DNA of 60,338 bases, the filler included. It is 7 parts of 7 records of this genome, joined end to end, with 100 filler letters (N's around TTAATTAATTAA, not from the genome) between each part and the next. Parts side by side here need not be neighbours in the genome. Positions count along the whole stretch, not along the records: positions 50,159 to 60,338 come from SRR31147125_46790; 6 more parts are not named here. The stretch is one strand, 5' to 3'. Both the position numbers and the translations under genes were made by a program. The notes below the pieces were generated by a model. That model was not told the origin of the DNA. It worked only from the letters and a program-made list of their open reading frames with translations, and searched no databases. Below, piece by piece: positions 54,512 to 60,338 of the stretch (the stretch's first letter is position 1; each line of letters starts with the position of its first letter).

Positions 54512-54803
54512 CTATAGTTTTAGACGAATAATTAAGGGTGGCAACACAATGTGTGGAAGTCATCCTTTTTTAATTTAATTCCCATTTTTCTGGAATATTT
54601 TATACTTCTTCCGATATGATAGGTTCTGTCATCAATCACTGAAAATTACCAATCCGACTTCTTGATTCTTGGCTCTTTGTTCTTAACTCATACCATTCCT
54701 TTTTTCTCATATTCTTTTCTCTTAAAATACTTTATCTTTCCTTTTTTCGTTTTTTCATAACAAGCAAAATTGCTTACTTTTATTGGCTTAATAAGCATTA
54801 TTC

Positions 54804-56801
54804 ATGAGACAGACGTTTTCGACCGTAATCAGCCTTACTTTAATCCTTGCTCTTTTGGCTGGTTGTTCAGCTACAAAGAATTTTCGCATGGGAAGTACAT
54901 CCTATGAAATTGGTGAATATTACCGGGCTACAGAAAAGTTCAGAAAGGCTTATCGGAAGGATAAAGATTTAAAACGAAAAATGGAAATGGCTTATCAGTT
55001 GGCAGATGCTTATTTTAAGATAGGTGAATATGCCAAAGCAGCTATCTGGTACAAAAATGCAATTCGGAGAGGTCACCCGAATTTTGAAGCCAATTTATAT
55101 TATGCAGACTGTTTACGGGCGACCAAAAAATTTGAAGGAGCTATTGAGTCTTACCAAATATATCTTGATTCTATTCCGGAGGATATTCGAGCAATTAATG
55201 GGCTGGATGCCTGTCGATATGTTCAGGAATGGGAAGAAAACCCCACACGCTACATTGTGAATACTGTTCGTGAACTTAATTCAAAGTACAGTGATTATGC
55301 TGCTGTTTTTGTTGGGAATAAGGATAATGAAATTCTGCTTACCTCAAATCGTGAAGATGTTACCGGGAAACGCGAGAGTTCGATAACCGGTGAATATAAT
55401 GCCGACTTGTTTAGGTCTGAGTTTCAGGTTCAACGTCAGAAATGGGGAGAACCACAGCTTATCGATGAATCTGGAATGATTAATACAGTGGATGAAGATG
55501 GTGCCGCAACTTTGTCTCAGAACGGGGATCAAATGATTTTTACACGTGCCCGTTTTGATAAAATGAACAATTTAGGAACGGAATTATTATCGGCAAAAAT
55601 GTCACGTGGCGACTGGTCTGAACCCGTAAAAATTGAGATGCTAGGTGATAGTTTAATATCTGCTCATCCGGCACTTTCCCCTGATGGGAATACTTTATAT
55701 TTTGTTTCCGATCGGCCTGGTGGATTTGGTGGAAAGGATATTTGGATGGCTCGGAAGAATGGTGGTTCTTATGATAATCCAGTAAACTTGGGTGAAAAAA
55801 TTAATACCCCGGGGAATGAGGTTTTTCCAACTGTTCGTCAGAATGGGGAATTTTATTTCTCTTCTGATTATCACATGGGAATGGGTGGTCTTGATATTTT
55901 TAAAGCTGAAAAGGATGAAGCTGGTGAGTGGCAAATTCAGAATATGAAAGCTCCTGTAAATTCTTCTGGAGATGATTTTGCCATATCGTTTATTCCAGGC
56001 GAAGAGGAGCGTGGAATGTTTTCATCTAACCGAAAAGGTTCGAGAAGCGATGATATATTTTCGTTTTATTTGCCACCTAAAGTATTTCGGGTTTCAGGGG
56101 AAGTGTATGACAAAGAAACAAGCCAACGGTTGGATGGTGCCCGTGTGCGGATTATTGGAACAGATGGAACCAACCTTAAACTAAGGGCTGAAGATGGTAA
56201 GTTTCAGCTAAAATTAAACCCGGAGACAGATTATATTTTTGCTGGGTTTAAGGATAGTTTTCTGAATGATAAAAAACGTGAAACAACAATAGGGTTAGAA
56301 GACAGCAAAGATTTTCGAGTTGATTTGTACTTAACCCCAACAGATGCACCAATACGGGTTGATAATATCAACTACGAATTTGGAAGCTGGGAATTGCTAT
56401 CAGAGTCGCTATCATCATTGGATAGTTTAGTTGGAATTCTTGAGTTGAATCCAACCATAACCATCGAGTTGATGTCGCATACCGATCATGTTGGATCAGA
56501 TCAATTTAACTTTGATCTTTCTCAGAAAAGGGCTCAGTATGTTGTTGATTATTTAATTGAAAAAGGAATCAATCCTGATCGGTTAGTTGCGAAGGGATAT
56601 GGTGAAACCTGGCCTAAAAAGATTACTCGCACAATGGCTAAGAACTATGATTTCTTAAAACGAAATGATGAATTAACGGAAGAGTTTATTAATCAACTTG
56701 AATCGGAACAACAAGAGATTGCTACTGCAATTAATCGAAGAACTGAGTTTCGGGTTCTGTCTACAGATTTTCACGAAACATTTGCACCAGAGACGGAGTA
56801 A
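54804..56801 (+). CDS. PorE-like lipoprotein (TPR + PD40 propeller + carboxypeptidase-regulatory + OmpA_C)
   Basis: LAGC lipobox, TPR, HPALSPDGNTLYFVSDRPGGFGGKD, SHTDHVGS..LSQKRA, KGYGE, NRRTEF. Architecture matches T9SS PorE but orthology is not established. Confidence 0.88.
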   Translation: MRQTFSTVISLTLILALLAGCSATKNFRMGSTSYEIGEYYRATEKFRKAYRKDKDLKRKMEMAYQLADAYFKIGEYAKAAIWYKNAIRRGHPNFEANLYYADCLRATKKFEGAIESYQIYLDSIPEDIRAINGLDACRYVQEWEENPTRYIVNTVRELNSKYSDYAAVFVGNKDNEILLTSNREDVTGKRESSITGEYNADLFRSEFQVQRQKWGEPQLIDESGMINTVDEDGAATLSQNGDQMIFTRARFDKMNNLGTELLSAKMSRGDWSEPVKIEMLGDSLISAHPALSPDGNTLYFVSDRPGGFGGKDIWMARKNGGSYDNPVNLGEKINTPGNEVFPTVRQNGEFYFSSDYHMGMGGLDIFKAEKDEAGEWQIQNMKAPVNSSGDDFAISFIPGEEERGMFSSNRKGSRSDDIFSFYLPPKVFRVSGEVYDKETSQRLDGARVRIIGTDGTNLKLRAEDGKFQLKLNPETDYIFAGFKDSFLNDKKRETTIGLEDSKDFRVDLYLTPTDAPIRVDNINYEFGSWELLSESLSSLDSLVGILELNPTITIELMSHTDHVGSDQFNFDLSQKRAQYVVDYLIEKGINPDRLVAKGYGETWPKKITRTMAKNYDFLKRNDELTEEFINQLESEQQEIATAINRRTEFRVLSTDFHETFAPETE

Positions 56802-56819
56802 TTTTGCAGAGATATAAAA

Positions 56820-56848
56820 AAGGAGTTGGATTTTATTCACAACTCCTT
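56820..56848. terminator. Hairpin between convergent genes
   Basis: AAGGAGTTG...CAACTCCTT, preceded by an A run. Confidence 0.65.
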
Positions 56849-56892
56849 CTGATGGTTTAGGTTAATCCCAGCTAATAAATAGCAAAGAGGGC

Positions 56893-57141
56893 TTATTTTT
56901 TCTTTTTCTTGCTAACAAAAAAAGCACCAGCAGCAATAACTATTATACCTCCAATAATAAGGTAAGTAGTTATATTTCCCTTTTCGGTTTCTCCTTCTTC
57001 ATAAAAAACTGGATCCATGTCATCGATAGACAATGTATCATCCATTGCAAGAATGTCTTCATCTTCTTGCGCAAATGCAGCGTTTGTGGCTCCAATTGCA
57101 AACAGTCCAAGGACTGCAAATAGCATCAATAATTTTTTCAT
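56893..57141 (-). CDS. Small secreted acidic protein with C-terminal TM anchor and KKKKK tail
   Basis: Signal peptide ending AFA, about 30-aa D/E-rich segment, hydrophobic helix, five terminal lysines. Confidence 0.8.
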   Translation of the reverse strand: MKKLLMLFAVLGLFAIGATNAAFAQEDEDILAMDDTLSIDDMDPVFYEEGETEKGNITTYLIIGGIIVIAAGAFFVSKKKKK

Positions 57142-57153
57142 CTTTTTATTCTT

Positions 57154-59232
57154 TTAATTAGTGTATTTTATTGTATTTAAATATTCCCTGTATTTATCTA
57201 CAACCCCAGGGTGGGTTTCCTGATATGTATCTGCTAATGATTCAACAGCAGGTCTGTATTTTGGGTTAAGATCTAACGCAATTCTTAAGAGTTCACGTGC
57301 TTTATTCGGATTCTCAGGGAAGTAAATGTCGGCAAGTTCAACATAAGCAATGAAGTATTTTTTATTTACATCAATAAGCTTCTCAAAATATCTTTTTGCT
57401 TCAATAATATTCCCTTCTTCTTTTTCAATAGTGCCAGCCAATTTTAAAGCAGGTTCATAAACCGGATTCTTTTTAAGTGCTTGGTGAACTGAGCGTAAAG
57501 ATTCTTCTTTATCATCTAGCAAATATAAACATTTTGCTAACCGATAGTATAAATGACCATCTTTCCGATAACTCTTTAAAGCCTCTTTGTAGTGTTCTGC
57601 AGCCGCGGCATAGTCCTTCTTAATAAATGCATCTTTTCCTAGCTTGGCTTCTTCCGATTTTCTTTTTACAACAGCGCAAACGGGCACACCATCAACTTCA
57701 ACAGTATGAATTGTACCTTCTGGAGGGAAACTTCCATTTTTTAATAATTCAGGGTGAATATAACTGTTGGCAAATATGGCATAGTCCCAGCTGTAATCCT
57801 GATTGTGAATGTATGAAAGGTAGTGGAATTTAATGTTGTTATTTCCAGAAAAATATGGAGCAATTTGGAAATTGCCTCCAACTAGTACTCGATGGTTTAT
57901 TCTGTTTTCTTTTAAATGTTTCTTAAGCCAATCTGCACCACTCTTCATCGTATGATAATAGTAATCGGTTTCATATTGAGTATATGCGCCTTTTAACCCA
58001 CCCACAAACTGATTGTAATAAAGATAATAATATGGATGCGACTTAGTCATGAAGTGGACTGGGTGAATGAGTGATATTCCAAGTAAAACAGAAAATGCAA
58101 TTTTGATTGTTTTCTTTTCAATTTGGTTATAGAATTCATTTATTCCAAGTGCGGCAATAACAATTAATACAGGATAAATAAATAAGAGATGCCTCCATCC
58201 CCCATATAGATTAGCTTTAACCAGAATAACGAAAATGGGGGGGAATAATACTGAAAACAATAATAGAGTGTAGGTTACTTTGTGATTTTCCGCCATTAAT
58301 TTTTTGAGATACACGAAAAATAGAGCAACTCCGCCGAAAACAATTACAGGGATGGTAATTAACAAATATTTGGGCAAATAGTACCAGGGGTGAAAATCAG
58401 ACCAAATGAATTCGCCATCAAATATTTGACGAATGGTGGTCGGGAAATCAGTCATTACCTGATATGATTTCCATGGATTAACGATTGGATTCTGTAGGCC
58501 ATAAGGCCATAAGACGAGTCCAAATAAGTAACCAATAGTTGAAATGGTCATTAGCCGAATAAACAGCTTTTGTGCATACCTCCAGTCCAGGTTCTGTTTT
58601 TCAATAAACTCAAAAAACAAGAATAAAAACCCGGAAAAAAGGAGGTAAAACACCAATAAGATTCCTCCTGCCCTAATACTGACGGAAAAAGCAATACTCG
58701 ATATCAAGAATAAAAGTAAACTTGGAGATTGCGGTTTAAACTTGGCATAGGTTAATTTCAGTGTAAAAAATACACCGGCAATATAGGCAAGGGCAAAAGG
58801 AATGTCTTTCATATTATTTTGCAAATGACCCAGAAATCGGGGAGAGACAGCAAATAGCAGAAGGACAATTAGTCCGGCACGATAACCTCTCAGCCAAATA
58901 GCAAAAAGGGCTGTGATTAGAATGGCAACCCATCCTAAAAAACTGCTAAATAAATGTCTAAACCCGTACACATCTTTAATATCAAACCAATGGATTAAGA
59001 TTGTTACAATATTATCCGGAGATTGCCCGTAATACTGTAGGTGGGTTTTGGGAGTGTGCAATGCGTCCTGGTCTTTCCCCAGAGTTGCAAAATAATCGTA
59101 TACTTTTTCTGAATGTAGATGATGAACTTCTTCATCTCCTGAAATGCCTGCATCTCTACTTATAAAAAGTAGAGCCCCTAGCATTAAAAATGCCAGGATA
59201 AAGAAGACTATTTTCAAGTTGCTCTTTAACAT
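57154..59232 (-). CDS. GT-C fold (PMT/ArnT-like) membrane glycosyltransferase with C-terminal TPR
   Basis: SGDE acidic pair after TM1, SPRFLGH..NNMKDIPFA, PWYYLP, LYGGWRH, TDYY; many TM helices; TPR tail. Confidence 0.82.
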   Translation of the reverse strand: MLKSNLKIVFFILAFLMLGALLFISRDAGISGDEEVHHLHSEKVYDYFATLGKDQDALHTPKTHLQYYGQSPDNIVTILIHWFDIKDVYGFRHLFSSFLGWVAILITALFAIWLRGYRAGLIVLLLFAVSPRFLGHLQNNMKDIPFALAYIAGVFFTLKLTYAKFKPQSPSLLLFLISSIAFSVSIRAGGILLVFYLLFSGFLFLFFEFIEKQNLDWRYAQKLFIRLMTISTIGYLFGLVLWPYGLQNPIVNPWKSYQVMTDFPTTIRQIFDGEFIWSDFHPWYYLPKYLLITIPVIVFGGVALFFVYLKKLMAENHKVTYTLLLFSVLFPPIFVILVKANLYGGWRHLLFIYPVLIVIAALGINEFYNQIEKKTIKIAFSVLLGISLIHPVHFMTKSHPYYYLYYNQFVGGLKGAYTQYETDYYYHTMKSGADWLKKHLKENRINHRVLVGGNFQIAPYFSGNNNIKFHYLSYIHNQDYSWDYAIFANSYIHPELLKNGSFPPEGTIHTVEVDGVPVCAVVKRKSEEAKLGKDAFIKKDYAAAAEHYKEALKSYRKDGHLYYRLAKCLYLLDDKEESLRSVHQALKKNPVYEPALKLAGTIEKEEGNIIEAKRYFEKLIDVNKKYFIAYVELADIYFPENPNKARELLRIALDLNPKYRPAVESLADTYQETHPGVVDKYREYLNTIKYTN

Positions 59233-59237
59233 TCAGT

Positions 59238-60158
59238 TTATTCTTTTTCGTAAATTTTCTTAATAAAATAAAGTGGTCGTCGTTGAGATTCTTTGTAAAT
59301 CCGATAAACGTATTCGCCAACAACGCCCAGAAATATGAGTTGAATTGATCCTAGAAAATAAATACTCAACACTGTTGATGACCATCCAAAGAGGGCAAAA
59401 CCCGCAATTTTTGCAATAAGCACATAAATGCCTGCAAGCATAAAAACAAGTGTGCCTAATAAGCCAAGTGTCAAACAGATTTTGATAGGGAGCTTTGAAA
59501 ATGAGAAAATAGCATCGCTTGCTAAAACAGTTAGTTTTGTGAGAGACATTTTTGGTTCACCTTGAAAGCGATCTTCACGAACATACTCAATATATCCATG
59601 TTTAAATCCGATGAAATTTCGTAGTCCGGGAAGATACCTTATTCTTTCTTTTAGTGAGACTAATGCATTTACCGCATTCCTATTCATCATTGAAAAGTTG
59701 CCTGCGTTTTCAAGATCATCGACAGAGGCTACTTTTTTAAAGATTGAATGGAAAATATTAGTGAAAATATTCTTTGTCGCATTTCCTTTTCTTGCGGTGC
59801 GTTTTCCACTGATAATATCGAAATTTTCGGTTGTTATTTTGTTGTACATCTCTGCCAATATCTCTGGAGGATCTTGTAAATCTCCATCCATCATTGCAAC
59901 AAAATTTCCTTTAGAGTATTCAAGTCCGGCAGTATATGCTGCCTGATGTCCAAAATTTTTAGAGAAGGACAGAATTTTAATACGTTTTTCGTTTTCCTGA
60001 TAGTTAACTAGTTTCTCCAGACTTAAGTCAGTGCTCCCATCATCAACAAATATGACTTCAAAATCTTCAGTGAAGCTTTTTAGTGCAGCAATGGTTCTTG
60101 GAACTAATTCATCAATAAGTTCTTCTTCATTAAATATGGGTATTACCAGTGAAACCAT
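59238..60158 (-). CDS. GT2 polyprenyl-phosphate glycosyltransferase (GtrB/ArnC-like)
   Basis: VIPIFNEEE, VDDGSTD, NFGHQAA, MDGDLQDPP, two C-terminal TMs, GEYVYRIY..RPLY. Confidence 0.93.
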   Translation of the reverse strand: MVSLVIPIFNEEELIDELVPRTIAALKSFTEDFEVIFVDDGSTDLSLEKLVNYQENEKRIKILSFSKNFGHQAAYTAGLEYSKGNFVAMMDGDLQDPPEILAEMYNKITTENFDIISGKRTARKGNATKNIFTNIFHSIFKKVASVDDLENAGNFSMMNRNAVNALVSLKERIRYLPGLRNFIGFKHGYIEYVREDRFQGEPKMSLTKLTVLASDAIFSFSKLPIKICLTLGLLGTLVFMLAGIYVLIAKIAGFALFGWSSTVLSIYFLGSIQLIFLGVVGEYVYRIYKESQRRPLYFIKKIYEKE

Positions 60159-60197
60159 TTGTCAAATTTTTAAAGCATTTATACCTTTTGAAGGTAA

Positions 60198-60227
60198 CCG
60201 GGAGAGAAAACGAATTCCTGCTCCCGG
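60198..60227 (-). terminator. Hairpin after upstream partial gene
   Basis: CCGGGAG...CTCCCGG stem. Confidence 0.45.
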
Positions 60228-60266
60228 ACCTTACTACTACTAATTAAAAGGTTTAGTTGGTATAGG

Positions 60267-60338
60267 TTATGCTTTATGTGCTGAGCCTGAGATTGGGACA
60301 GGAAACTCCATGTCCACCGGGCCGAATTTTACTTCTTT
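60267..60338 (-). CDS. C-terminus of a gene entering from outside the window (possibly Gfo/Idh/MocA)
   Basis: Open frame KEVKFGPVDMEFPVPISGSAHKA*. The family guess rests on 23 residues only. Confidence 0.45.
   Translation of the reverse strand, partial: KEVKFGPVDMEFPVPISGSAHKA

Noticed and set aside
60180-60338. ncRNA (tmRNA or RNase P) at the window end
   Set aside because: Better explained by the 3' end of a minus-strand CDS plus a hairpin; no diagnostic ncRNA motifs.

Overview
The window is not one locus. It is seven unrelated contigs joined by 100-nt N-TTAATTAATTAA-N linkers, so gene neighbourhoods mean nothing across the linkers. (1) 1-13750, bacterial: DUF5916 protein, Tat-exported Gfo/Idh/MocA oxidoreductase, dienelactone hydrolase, two tandem AKR-like paralogs, a beta-propeller glycosidase, a sigma54-driven DUF5320/MBL/VOC/DUF4405 cluster, rubrerythrin and a GH. 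(2) 13851-20513 is EUKARYOTIC and intron-dense, and the ORF track misses its genes. Manual splicing gives four tightly packed genes: DNA polymerase epsilon subunit 2 with a long acidic tail, SVIP with an intron-split start codon, a mitochondrial IF1-like protein, and a glycosyltransferase-like domain fused to a degenerate GT64 domain. (3) 20614-28729, Bacteroidota-like fucosidase cluster (four GH29, one GH95). (4) 28830-35161, TonB-dependent receptor plus OmpR-type two-component pair sharing a direct-repeat operator, and a URO-D-like gene. (5) 35262-44332, Desulfobacterales-like: radical SAM, DUF1178, cupin plus GalT-like protein, minCDE, HD protein, xpt, aspS. (6) 44433-50058, Clostridia-like sugar operon, an IS remnant and a kinase fusion. 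(7) 50159-60338, Bacteroidota-like: DUF1080, dgt, YgjP-like, PorE-like, and a GT2/GT-C-TPR/small anchored protein module. About seven single-base frameshifts, mostly in homopolymers, look like sequencing errors. Taxonomy is inferred from gene content only. No rRNA, tRNA or CRISPR array was found.
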